A stretch of 64,000 nucleotides of DNA. Source: Epithemia pelagica. Lineage: Eukaryota > Protista > Bacillariophyta. Of the stretch, positions 34,801-45,326 are shown piece after piece. The stretch lies in NCBI GenBank assembly GCA_946965045.2, contig OX337235.1:1240001-1304000 (forward strand), given 5' to 3'. Within the stretch, counting starts at the first letter, position 1, and the number at the start of each line of letters is the position of its first letter. Position numbers and translations under genes: made by a program. The notes under the pieces were generated by a model, which ran no database searches, was not told the origin of the DNA, and saw nothing but the letters and a program-made list of their open reading frames with translations.

Positions 34801-36623
34801 TCGCGAGAACTCCAGCATGCAGTCCAAAGCTTTTTCCTGTACGGCAACATCGACATCCAATGCACATTCAGATAATCGAGGAGCAAATCTCACTGCAATG
34901 CCGGTCATACAACTGGTATCAATCTTTTGCTGTGAAGAGGTTCTCTTGTTTCTCGAGGAAGCCTCACGATTGGCCTTGAAGGGGGCCAATAACCCTTCCA
35001 GAGCTGCGAGGCGAACTACTACAGCCTTGTCAGACAACATCCAACCCATGTATTTGAGAAATGATTGCTTCATAAAGATATCCGGTCTGGTCAGGATAAA
35101 ACGAGAGATGGTCCTCATTGACTCGGCACGAATCGTTGGGTTGACATCCTTGTATCGTTTCATAAAGATACCCACAACTGTTTCCGATACGAGCTCCTCG
35201 AGTTCGGAGCACATTCGATTCCATAGTTCGTTTTGAGCTCCAAGAGCCTCTGCCTTGCGTTTCATGTTATTTTTCCTTGCAACATTCAGCTGTCGCTGAG
35301 ACACTCGTAGTTTCTCTCGAAGCTCGACCGTCCGCTCCAGGATGGCCACGGCCAACTCGTACACGGATATTACCGATCCCAATCGAAGATCGACTTGAAC
35401 CAAACAAGTCATTTCAATCATACGTCGGAGAATCTCACGGATCATTTCAATCTGAAATCGAAAGCCTTGTTCCATTTGCGAGTCATTGACAGGTTCGTCT
35501 CTGTCCCGTTCATCCTTTTTTGATCTCTGGTTTCCAGAGAGGGTGTCCGATAATGATGTCACACCCAGCAAGTACCAGAATTCACGGTAAATATTGAGGT
35601 ATTCTCGAGAAGCAGACTGACCCTTGGATGAAGCAGGAATGTCAGCCATAAGAGGGACATGTTCCACCGGAGTCTCTTCCATACTGTTGTAAATGATACG
35701 CATATGTTCCGACAATTCACCATCAGACAGATTCTCCAAATCTACCTCTGCTGGATCCAGCAAGGATTCAAACTTGGCCCCCACCGATCGGAATAACAAA
35801 TTGTAGAGGGATACATGCACCGCGTTGGGGTCCTGGTGATGTTCGTCAAAAAGAGTCTTGGCTGTTGCCACCAAGTTTGCCGTGTACGGGCTCTCTTTCC
35901 CTCGCACAATCTTTCGAAGGGCACTCACGGCTTCCGAATCCGAGTTTGGGTCCCGCTTCGACGAATTCAACAACGCCGACAGCAAGGAATTTGTTGGAGA
36001 TTCATCCTCATGCAGCAATTTCTTGGACAGAGATGTCAATGCAGCATTCAAAGCTCTGCGTGGAGCTTTCTTTTTTGGCAGGGATGGCTTATTCCTGGGG
36101 GACAACTGTTTTGTTCTCTTTGGAGGAGAGGATCGCTTCGTGAAAACCGACGCCGTGGTTCGGCTCTTCATTTTGGCTGCGGTGCGTGGTGTGTATTCTT
36201 CTTCCTCCTCTTCGTCGTCGTCACTCTCCTCCTCCTCCTCTTCTTCTTCTTCTTCGTCTTGATCCGGTTGGTCGTCATTTTCGTCTTGTTCCTCCTCCAC
36301 CTCGGATACCGTAGACTTCTCTTCTTCTTCATCATCACGATCCGATTGGTCTGTATCATCCTTTTCTACTGTTGCTTTTTGCTCATTCGAACGCCTGTAG
36401 AGTAGAGTTCAGGGTTTTGGTACATATGGTGTGAGGCCACATTCTGCTCTCGGCAGCAAATTCATAAACAGCAATGGCCATGATGTCTCTCTACTCCAGT
36501 GCTACAGGCTTACCTCTTTTTCCGGGGGGAGTTCTCCTCCCTCAATTCTTTTTCCTTTTCCGCATCTTCATAAATGCTATGAACTTGCTTGCGTTCCCGC
36601 TTGGACCGACGGACACTCTCCAT
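31820..36623 (-). CDS. SCC3: Cohesin subunit STAG/SCC3; 8 exons 36623-36514, 36394-34607, 34538-34069, 33994-33117, 33050-32868, 32808-32653, 32581-32385, 32312-31820 (1424 aa)
   Basis: Stromalin conserved domain KRYKDVNPTIRAESM...FLKYMGWMLSDKAVVVRLAAL. All seven introns are GT-AG and join in frame (total 4275 nt). Confidence 0.88.
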
Positions 36624-36941
36624 GGTGGAATATACCTTTGTTGCTGCTTCTGTTGTCCTTCCAAAAGCCAAAAAGTGCAATCGCTTCGAAATCAACGCGA
36701 GTCGCCATCATCGCACTTCTGGGCGATGCGCGGCGGCAGGCCAGTTCCGCGACCGACCTGACCAGAGATATCTAGAGCTATGCATGCTATGTGTACACAT
36801 TACTCCCCTAGGAGCAGCTAGGAGTACTCCTACTCCTAGCACAATCTAGTGGCGCCGTGCTTGTCGACTTTTACTAGAGGAGTAGAAGTAGAGAGAGGAG
36901 TGTTCCTCTTTAGAGAGGAGTATCACGTCCATAAAGTCACC

Positions 36942-36997
36942 CCATGGACCATGGACCATGGACCATGGACCATGGACCATGGACCATGGACCATGGA
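36942..36997. repeat. 8 x heptamer ccatgga tandem array
   Basis: Eight exact copies read directly. Confidence 0.95.
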
Positions 36998-37313
36998 CCT
37001 ACTCGAAGACCCCTTGCTGAAGACAGAACCGCTTTGCTCATCAGCATTGGGCACAACGACCCGAAATAGCTAGGAATACCGGATCGGAGAGAGAGAGATA
37101 CCTGGCACGGAAACAAGACGATTCTTTTTTCTCAGTGGCAGCCGCCCCATGACTGATTCTATTCTACACATGAGATTCGGTCCGTCGATTTGGTTTGGAG
37201 CTATACAGAAGTCGTCTCTCTTTATTTCGACAGTTTGAGAAGAAACTATACGGAAAGTACTTTCATCCAAACACTGTGGTCAAAAGCTTGGAAAGTACCT
37301 ACTCCTACTCCTA

Positions 37314-37345
37314 GCTAGCTACTCCTCTAGCTAGGAGTAGCTAGC
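37314..37345. other. Perfect 13-bp inverted repeat (gctagctactcct-ctagct-aggagtagctagc)
   Basis: The arms are exact reverse complements. A related 14-bp palindrome taggagtactccta lies at 36819-36832. Confidence 0.8.
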
Positions 37346-37694
37346 AAGAGGAGGTCGGAGTCGGAGGTCATAGTTTCAGTCCCGTCATGTCCACTTCTTG
37401 AACAAAAACGAATAATCTGTCGTTTCTTGCCCTTCATTCTTTTCCCCACGTCGTCCGCATCCATCATCCCAATTTTTCCTGCAGTTGCGCCATGGAACAC
37501 AGATACAACTCGAGATCTCATAAAAGTCCATCCACAAGAACACAAGGAACCATCATCATCCAAGGTTCCACTTTCTCCTGTTGTTGCACGTGAAACGATA
37601 TCCAACCTCCAACCAGAGACACGAGGCAAAACACAATGACAAGTCGGTCGAGTTGATTCTCTATATCATAATATATATCTATTTGCAGGAAAGA

Positions 37695-40600
37695 ATGGAG
37701 CGACCTTTTTCTTTGCCCCCACGCGATGGAAGCGATACTGCGGAAACGGATGCCGCCGCCAGGAATCAGAATTCCCTGTCCACACAAACAGCTCCAAATT
37801 CGACTACTACCAAGAAAGATCCGCAACACCTGCGGGCCACCAACACTGCAACCACACCGTGGATGGTGGTCCATGCCTCAGAGTTGTACCCGCCATCCGA
37901 TCGAACCAAGAACCATTCCATTTCATCCGCGCAGCCACAAGATTCCAGGGCGACCAACCATGACTCTTCCTTGAAGGAGAACGAGGAGGAGGAGCAGCAG
38001 CAGTGCTCGCCGGAGGACCTTTGGTTGCATACTGCAACGTGGATGGATGCGGAACACGCTGCCCATCACGAGGAGGACGACTTGGGATTTGGATTTGACT
38101 CCTTCGAGTCGTGGGAGGCCCAGGAACCGAGCGAACCCATGACACAAAAGACTCTGGAACCCCAAACGACCTTTCCGTCCGTGGCACAAGCCCTGCGACG
38201 CCGCAAACGAAAACGAGCCCGTGACTCGCACCACCAGCACAAGAATCCTCCTGCGCAGGAGCCGGACGCCACACATGATCGAGATCAAGAACAACCACAA
38301 CCACAAAAGGATGAACCGAAACGAGCCAATCCGCAAGACATTCCCGAACTCAATGACGAACGCCTCTCAAAATCTCACCAACAGGAGGTTCCATGGCCCA
38401 CCGACGAGGCCCATGCCAAGGACGACTCTTTGGAAGTGATTGGTCCACGCGCTCAGCATGGAAACCTGGAAGCAGTCCAACAGGAGGACGAACCAACCGA
38501 TGACATTTTGTTGTGGGATGCCACCGAGGGGACATGGATGCCCGCGGAATGCAACAACATGGAGGCCAACGATTCAAACAATCATAACGAAAACGCCACG
38601 GAGGGGATATGGATGCCCGTGGAATCCAACAACATGGAGGGGAACGATTCAAACAATAATAATAACAGCAACAACGAAAACAACAATCAAGACCAGAGTC
38701 AACCCCTGCAAGCTCCCAGTCCACCAACCACGAACGAGCTAGAGACTGCTCGATCGTCTCGAACACCAGGACGAGAGCCGGTTGGATTGGTTTGGGATGA
38801 ATGGACCCGAGAATGGGTCACTGATATTCGTACCAATGGCCCTTTTGACAGTGGTAATGATCCGCAACCACGAGCCTTGGAGAAAACTCACGAGCAACAA
38901 CCACTGGTCGATCGTTTGCCCACACGGGGACAAGAGCCCAAGGGATTGGTGTGGGATGAAATCGAACGGCAATGGACCATGGAACTCGAAGGTGGACCAG
39001 TTCCAGTCTTTCCGAGTGGTCCGCCTCCAACGTTTATGCACCAGCAAATCGCGTTGGATAAAAGAAATAAGCCTTGTGAAACCGATGGTCGACCACGAAC
39101 TTGGCTGGGAAATTGCCCACTTCCCAGCAATCCACCAAGAACATGCACCAAAGCCACTGAACCTGTGCTTCCCAAGGAAGGGATACCCGCTTCAAACTCG
39201 AAACATGGAAACCTCGCGCATCCTGGAATGATCCAAACCGGCACAGCGACAGTAAACTCGAGAGATGGAAACCATGGGCACACTGGAATGACCCAACCCG
39301 GCACAAAATCGGCAGCAAGCTCGAAAGATGGAACCATTCGGCATCCTGGAATGACCCAAGCCGACGCGGAATCCCAGAAAACGGTAACAAACTCGAGAAA
39401 TGGAAACTTGGGGCATCATGGAATGATCCAAACCCACACGGAATCCCAGAAAGCGGTGGCGGCGGAACAGCCAGCAAAGGAGATACCCGGAGATGTCCAA
39501 TATGCCGAAACGGTGGACTTTAATACTTTTCGCAGCATTGTTGTGGGCAAGACGGTTCGCCCCGACCCAAAAGCAACGAACCACCACACGGAAATGGACA
39601 AGACAGTTTGTGATCATATGGGAACATCCAATCGTTCGAACCATGGGAATGATCTCATTGCACACAAACAACCGATTGACCGACCCTCACCAACCAGACT
39701 CGAAAATCCTCAGAGTGGATGGATGGTGAAGGAATCAGAGAAAAGACGGCAAACTCCTCCATCACACGCCGATTCCAACAAGACAGCTGAAACCCAAGCA
39801 AGCAAGCCATCGCCACAGAACAGCTTGAAAGCGACGACTGCGAAAAACAACTATTACAGATTAGAAGTCAAAATCGTCGACAAGAGGCAAAATTCGACGA
39901 GATTGAATTACGGCGTCAAAAAATCGGTGAAAAAACCTCCACACATGACTACTGAGACTTCTCGTCCGGTGGCACAAGAATCTCCGCCAAAGAAAAAATT
40001 GAAGCAGAACAATGAAGGAAAGTCTCTCCAAATGGGCCAGGGCCTACACAAACACCCTCCTTTAACTGTTGATGTTAATGACACAGGATACAAACAAACC
40101 TTTGACCAATCACAAGCATCCAGAGTCTATCAGTCCCAGGGAGAGTTGAAGGTGAAGAAACAAGTGAAAAGAAAACGAGCTTCTCCATCAAATGATTCCG
40201 GTGGGACTAAAGAAACTGTACCAAGGGGACCACTTCAAAAGAAAAGCTTGAAACAGAAAAATGGAGGACTGTCTCTCCGAATGGTCGGTGGCCTTTACAA
40301 ACGTCCTGCTGGTCGTACCCCCATAGGTAAAGTATGGGATCCTAAGAATGGTTGTTGGACGGACTTATGTCAAGAAGAAAGGACTGCGGTATCAAAGGGT
40401 TGCAACCTCTCGAGAAATGAAGAAAGGCCTCCCCAGCTTCACATTCCTCCGCCAGGTCGTACACCAGTCGGTAAAGTGTGGGATCCTCGAAAGGGCAAGT
40501 TTTTGGCCGTTGGGAAATCAAGACCTTCAATCACAGCAGGGGACAAATCCTCGAAAGACAAGGAGGGAAAAAGACCAGTCTATAAGGTTGCGAGGCTTCA

Positions 40601-40979
40601 CAAACGCCCCCCTGGCCCAGCGCCTGCAGGAAAAGTGTGGAATTCTCATCATGGAAGGTGGATCGACGACTGGTTTCTGGAAGAGCCGGAGGACGAGAAA
40701 GACTCCACGAAAGACCATGGAACAAAACCCACGGGAGCTGTTGGTTACAAACGTCCCCAGGGCCGTCCCCCCAAGGGCAAAGTGTGGGATGAGCGAAAGG
40801 GTGTGTGGATCGACGACACACAGCCTTCCGGGGTTTCGAGAAAGGACAAAGGTCCTTACAGCTGTCCTCTGGGCCGACGACCTCGAGGCAAAGTATGGGA
40901 TACGCACAAGGGAAAGTGGGTTCAGGCTGAAATTGATAAGAAAGTTTCACCCGACACCGATGAACCTACACCTTGCTAA
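37695..40979 (+). CDS. Low-complexity protein with seven (K/R)xPxG(R)xPxG(K/L)VW(D/N)xxxGxW repeats (AT-hook-like core plus Trp pair)
   Basis: Repeats at about 38767, 38925, 40299, 40443, 40601, 40748 and 40863. Four ~20-aa NS(R/K)xGNxxHxGMxQ repeats at about 39197-39445. ATG 37695 follows a possible splice acceptor (tttgcag), so an upstream exon is possible. Confidence 0.7.
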   Translation: MERPFSLPPRDGSDTAETDAAARNQNSLSTQTAPNSTTTKKDPQHLRATNTATTPWMVVHASELYPPSDRTKNHSISSAQPQDSRATNHDSSLKENEEEEQQQCSPEDLWLHTATWMDAEHAAHHEEDDLGFGFDSFESWEAQEPSEPMTQKTLEPQTTFPSVAQALRRRKRKRARDSHHQHKNPPAQEPDATHDRDQEQPQPQKDEPKRANPQDIPELNDERLSKSHQQEVPWPTDEAHAKDDSLEVIGPRAQHGNLEAVQQEDEPTDDILLWDATEGTWMPAECNNMEANDSNNHNENATEGIWMPVESNNMEGNDSNNNNNSNNENNNQDQSQPLQAPSPPTTNELETARSSRTPGREPVGLVWDEWTREWVTDIRTNGPFDSGNDPQPRALEKTHEQQPLVDRLPTRGQEPKGLVWDEIERQWTMELEGGPVPVFPSGPPPTFMHQQIALDKRNKPCETDGRPRTWLGNCPLPSNPPRTCTKATEPVLPKEGIPASNSKHGNLAHPGMIQTGTATVNSRDGNHGHTGMTQPGTKSAASSKDGTIRHPGMTQADAESQKTVTNSRNGNLGHHGMIQTHTESQKAVAAEQPAKEIPGDVQYAETVDFNTFRSIVVGKTVRPDPKATNHHTEMDKTVCDHMGTSNRSNHGNDLIAHKQPIDRPSPTRLENPQSGWMVKESEKRRQTPPSHADSNKTAETQASKPSPQNSLKATTAKNNYYRLEVKIVDKRQNSTRLNYGVKKSVKKPPHMTTETSRPVAQESPPKKKLKQNNEGKSLQMGQGLHKHPPLTVDVNDTGYKQTFDQSQASRVYQSQGELKVKKQVKRKRASPSNDSGGTKETVPRGPLQKKSLKQKNGGLSLRMVGGLYKRPAGRTPIGKVWDPKNGCWTDLCQEERTAVSKGCNLSRNEERPPQLHIPPPGRTPVGKVWDPRKGKFLAVGKSRPSITAGDKSSKDKEGKRPVYKVARLHKRPPGPAPAGKVWNSHHGRWIDDWFLEEPEDEKDSTKDHGTKPTGAVGYKRPQGRPPKGKVWDERKGVWIDDTQPSGVSRKDKGPYSCPLGRRPRGKVWDTHKGKWVQAEIDKKVSPDTDEPTPC

Positions 40980-41410
40980 ATGGTGTCAAGTTTCCTGCAG
41001 CGCCGCCCACCTATAGTTAAAGTATGGGATCCATCAAATGGTGCGTGGGCGCAAAGAGGTCCAGGATAAAGCAAGAAATTCATAAGAGATTCTTCCGGTC
41101 TTTTGGAGATTATTTGCTCCATGCATCGCATGCTATAGTGGATAACTCACTGTCCCCATAAATCACTCAGAAAGAAAGGAAGAGGACGATACCACTATGA
41201 GTTCTCTTTGCCGTATGTAGACATTTACCGCGTTCCTAGCTTTCTCCTACAAGAAGCAGACAGGAAGATCGATCTCGGTCTGATTTGTTGGGGCAATCGT
41301 TGTAGCCCTCATGCACCATGCCAAGTTCGCGCGCTGTGTGCGTCGATGGATCTGCTACAGAGAAGAGCCAATCGTTTTGTCCGGACATGGGCGCATATTC
41401 TCTTCGCGTT

Positions 41411-44400
41411 TCATGAGCGCAAATCAAACGCCACTGCAATCTCTCGTCCCTTATCCAATTGCGTGTAGACTTGTTGTGCGTCAGCAAGGGAGGCTGTTTT
41501 CGTGAGCAAGAACCGCGAGGGTTGCAATTGTTGCACCAAATCCCACGCCACTTGAAAGCGACGGTGCTTGGTCCACGTACCCGAGAGTGCACTGGGTAGT
41601 TCACTCACTTGAGATGTGACCAACGTCTTGTGACTTCGGTGAAAGTCCATACCCAACTGAAGCTCTACAGAGGTGTTTCCATACCAAGATGCCAGGACCA
41701 CGCGTCCAAAGTCTTTGGTTTGGTCAATGGCCATTTGCAACGCTTTGGGATTCCCACTCACTTCAATTGACACATCAAATTTACCAGCTTGGGCGACATG
41801 GGATGGAAAGAGACATTGAGAGGAACCTTGTGCTACCGAAACAGCCATTCGAGCCGGTATCGTGTCCACCGTGGTCAAAACGGGTTCCCGAATGGTGGAT
41901 CCTTGGCTGGCCGTGTTGTGTCGTCCCAAAATGGCCGTCACCAAGAGACCAATGAGTCCCTGTCCAAAGACAGCGACTCGTTCTCCCAGTCGTACATGTG
42001 CGTCATGGACAATCGAGAGCGCTGTTTCGACCGATGGCAAGAAAATGGCATCGTACGGATCAATACCGTCGGGTACAATTTGGATGGCATCCCGGTCCAC
42101 GACGGCTTGTGTCGCATGGGGTGCAAAGGCAAAGACGAGTTGTCCCAACAACGTGTCGCGATCCGCGACCTGGGTGCCACACTCGACAACCCGTCCCACC
42201 AAACTGTATCCATAGGCGAGGGGATATTGCATGCGTTCGTCTTGCATTCCTTGAATATTCACATCCAAGGCCGCGTCTTCAAAGTGTCCCTTGAAGACTT
42301 TGAGTTCGGTTCCAGAACTAATGAGAGAGCACACGCTAGCAATACGAACTTGAGTCTCGGTGAGCTCCCGTGATTTGCTTTGTCGTGTCGTGACAGTAGA
42401 GGGGGCCGTGAAGACGAGTTCTTGGAAAAAAGGCTCCACCAGAGCAGTGGAGGATTCTATTGCGGGGTCCGCAGTTGTGGAGAGTGGGGTACCAATCAAG
42501 GGCATGCGAAACAGCAAATCCTTGTTGGACACATAAATGGTTGGTTTGGATTCGTAGGCTCGAGACAGCCAGGCATGGGCATCGAATCCGGCTTGATGGA
42601 GGGAGGGTGCCGCCGTCATGCCAAAAAAGTACATCATGCATCGCCACAAATGAAACAGCTCTTGGTTCTCGGGGGGATCCTCATGATCCTGTTGATCGTC
42701 CTGTTTCTTGGTGGTGCTGACAAAGGGTGGAATGGTCCAGTCGGAAGCACCATGGGATAACAGTGTCGCACCATATCGTTGCATTTCGTCGATCAAGGCA
42801 TGGACTTGCACAGTGTGTCCATAATGTTGACACAGGGCCTTGGCATACAGGTCAAAGGCCAGGGCATCGGATGGAATGGCCCCCGTAGTCCCGGACGATG
42901 CAGCCACAAAGGGTTGCGGTGGCAAAAATTGTGTGGTCCCGCTAAAGGTAATGGGAAAATACACCAAGACCGACGACGACGAGTCCTTCTTTGTAGTATT
43001 GCTGGACGTCCAGGACCTTTCACCAAAACAACGAAGCAAACTTGTCACCAAGACATGTGGATGCCACAAATCGGCAAAGCAACAACCCACAATGGCATGC
43101 GGTCGTAGTATTGGAAGGGGGGCATCCTCCCGAAAATCTCGGAATCGCAATCGAACTTGGAGAGGAGGTACGACCCAGCCATTTTCTTTTTCTTGTTTGG
43201 TTTGCCGTGGTCGATTCCAAATGGTTTCGTACGTTGTGGTTGTTGTGGTTGATTCCTTGGTGTCTTGGGTAAATCCCAGCTGCACCAATTTTTCGGCACA
43301 CGGTCCGGCGAGATTGGAATTGCTTTCATAGGCATAATAGACAATCCCGTGTTCCAGGAGGTGGTCCTTCATGGCTTGATTCTGGGGCAAGGACAATACG
43401 CGAGTCAACGTCCAGCGCGTCTCGTCCTTACTGTTGTTATTGTCGTTGTTGTAGGGTGGTTGTTTGGGGGATGAATCCTCCTCGGGTTCGTGACTGGAGA
43501 GCGGCACGAGCCATTCCAGGAGGGACAAGAGACCGGCTCCGACATCGACCAGGACCAAGGGTTGTGGTTCTTGTTCTTGTGGTGTGGAGGTTGGAACGGC
43601 CTGGACCAAGTGTTGCAGAAAGGCATTCCACGTGGCCGTGTGCAAGGCGGGACGATCGGCGTGGGCATTTTTGAGTTGCAAATACGAGACATCGTCCCAC
43701 ACCAAGTGGGGATCAATCCATCCCATGGCGCGACACAGGGCTTGTCCCAAGGACCGTGTCGGAGAAACGTGTTGGACCTCGAGTCCCAGCGATTCTTGCA
43801 CTTGCTGACACACACTGGGCGAATCGTCCACCAGACAGACTTGATGGGGGGAATATCGGTCCAAGACGGATTGAAAAAAGACCGAGTTGGTCGAACCCGT
43901 CTTGGTGGGATACGAGACGCGTTCCTCGTTGTTGTTAGTGTTGGTGCTGGCTACCGCAGGCGTACTACAATGATCGGGTGTCAAACAGTACTGCAAGTGT
44001 GGCATGACATGGGCCAATCCCAAGGCTTGCATCACCTTGTCGACATGATGCTTGGGAGAATTGGAGGCCAGGCCAAATTGAGGGCCATGAAGACGAATAC
44101 GTCGATGCAAGAAAGAAGAGGAGGATGTCCCGTGAATCCAGTGTTGCCAATACTGCAAGGCCACGGCATGATCTCGAAGGGAGGCGGCCTGAGGGGAATA
44201 TCCCGTATTGCTGCTACCGCTGCTACTGCTCGTCGTTGTTGTGGTTGTTGTGGACGATTGGGAGAAATCTACTGTGGTTGGATACAGTCCCAACAAGCCA
44301 CGTACCGAAATGTTGTGATAGACACTCTTGTAAAACTTGTCCATGAAAAAACGCTGCAGGGGTCGACTCATTGGCTTGCGGTGGGGGTTGTTCCACTGGG

Positions 44401-44857
44401 TTTGACGAATTCCCTCAATCGTAGATCCATACTGTCGATGCAAGGCATCGGCTTGTGACGCCGTCAAATGGAACCAGGACGCGGAAACGTTGTGAATGCC
44501 ATGGACAATTTGATCTTCGATCCCCTCATCATGGCCCAAGTGTTCTTGTCGATACAAGGTATTGTCCACATCCAGCAAAATAAGTTTGGGTGGCGGTGGC
44601 AACACGACGGTCCAACTATTACTGTTGGAGGAAAAACCAGTCGTCGTCCTTGTCGTAGTAGTAGAAGAAGCAGTTGGTGAATCGACGACCTTTCGTGGTA
44701 ATGTCAAGGATGGCGATGACGACGACGACGACGAAGAAGAAGATGTTGTCGCATCCGCCACCACCATCATGCCAATGGTATTGTTGCCATGCAGCAACGT
44801 GATTCGAAACCACACGGTGCACGCCATGAAAACCGATCCAAGAAGAAATGGCTTCAT
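41411..44857 (-). CDS. Three-domain fusion: signal peptide/anchor, HAD hydrolase (pyrimidine 5'-nucleotidase-like), class I SAM-methyltransferase-like domain, MDR (zinc-free alcohol-dehydrogenase-like) domain
   Basis: HAD motif I LLDVDNTLY and motif IV LVDDS. SAM motif VLVDVGAG plus CCFADL, YFPITFSG and GASDW. MDR SLISSGTE, GYSLVG, AIFLPSVETAL and VFGQGLIG. Single uninterrupted 1148-aa ORF. Confidence 0.8.
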   Translation of the reverse strand: MKPFLLGSVFMACTVWFRITLLHGNNTIGMMVVADATTSSSSSSSSSSPSLTLPRKVVDSPTASSTTTTRTTTGFSSNSNSWTVVLPPPPKLILLDVDNTLYRQEHLGHDEGIEDQIVHGIHNVSASWFHLTASQADALHRQYGSTIEGIRQTQWNNPHRKPMSRPLQRFFMDKFYKSVYHNISVRGLLGLYPTTVDFSQSSTTTTTTTSSSSGSSNTGYSPQAASLRDHAVALQYWQHWIHGTSSSSFLHRRIRLHGPQFGLASNSPKHHVDKVMQALGLAHVMPHLQYCLTPDHCSTPAVASTNTNNNEERVSYPTKTGSTNSVFFQSVLDRYSPHQVCLVDDSPSVCQQVQESLGLEVQHVSPTRSLGQALCRAMGWIDPHLVWDDVSYLQLKNAHADRPALHTATWNAFLQHLVQAVPTSTPQEQEPQPLVLVDVGAGLLSLLEWLVPLSSHEPEEDSSPKQPPYNNDNNNSKDETRWTLTRVLSLPQNQAMKDHLLEHGIVYYAYESNSNLAGPCAEKLVQLGFTQDTKESTTTTTTYETIWNRPRQTKQEKENGWVVPPLQVRLRFRDFREDAPLPILRPHAIVGCCFADLWHPHVLVTSLLRCFGERSWTSSNTTKKDSSSSVLVYFPITFSGTTQFLPPQPFVAASSGTTGAIPSDALAFDLYAKALCQHYGHTVQVHALIDEMQRYGATLLSHGASDWTIPPFVSTTKKQDDQQDHEDPPENQELFHLWRCMMYFFGMTAAPSLHQAGFDAHAWLSRAYESKPTIYVSNKDLLFRMPLIGTPLSTTADPAIESSTALVEPFFQELVFTAPSTVTTRQSKSRELTETQVRIASVCSLISSGTELKVFKGHFEDAALDVNIQGMQDERMQYPLAYGYSLVGRVVECGTQVADRDTLLGQLVFAFAPHATQAVVDRDAIQIVPDGIDPYDAIFLPSVETALSIVHDAHVRLGERVAVFGQGLIGLLVTAILGRHNTASQGSTIREPVLTTVDTIPARMAVSVAQGSSQCLFPSHVAQAGKFDVSIEVSGNPKALQMAIDQTKDFGRVVLASWYGNTSVELQLGMDFHRSHKTLVTSQVSELPSALSGTWTKHRRFQVAWDLVQQLQPSRFLLTKTASLADAQQVYTQLDKGREIAVAFDLRS

Positions 44858-45326
44858 GGTTCGTTGTGGACGTGAAATGTTGGGACCAGAGACAAGAAGT
44901 AGTTGTCCACAGGTAGGGAGAATAAGGGCGGATGTGGATGGGATGGCACAGGTTGATGGCTGTGATGATGAGATCTTCGGGCAAAAAATCTTTTCCTTTA
45001 GTCGCAGATAATCGAATGTCGAATCGTGCGCGCGGCAACGCGCGGTGCATGGCGCGCGGTCGTGTCGCGGTCACAAAGCCTTCTTTGCTCTCTGGATTAT
45101 TTATTGGGGGCCATGACCACACTCTTCCGTCCATCATTTTCCAACCGAGACTTGACACAACACCAACGCATCCTTCCAAGGTGAGGACCATCACAACATT
45201 CCATCAAACACAAAACTGTTTCTTCTTTGCCACTGTCCCCAACGCCACGACGACCAGCCGACTGGAGTTTTGGAGCGTTGACGCGGCATTACCAGCAAAC
45301 CGATAGATAGCTCAGAACTCAACAAA

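Noticed and set aside
36942-36997. ccatgga array as a coding or CRISPR feature (ORF 36849-37073)
   Set aside because: It is a simple heptamer satellite; the PWTMDHG translation is a by-product.
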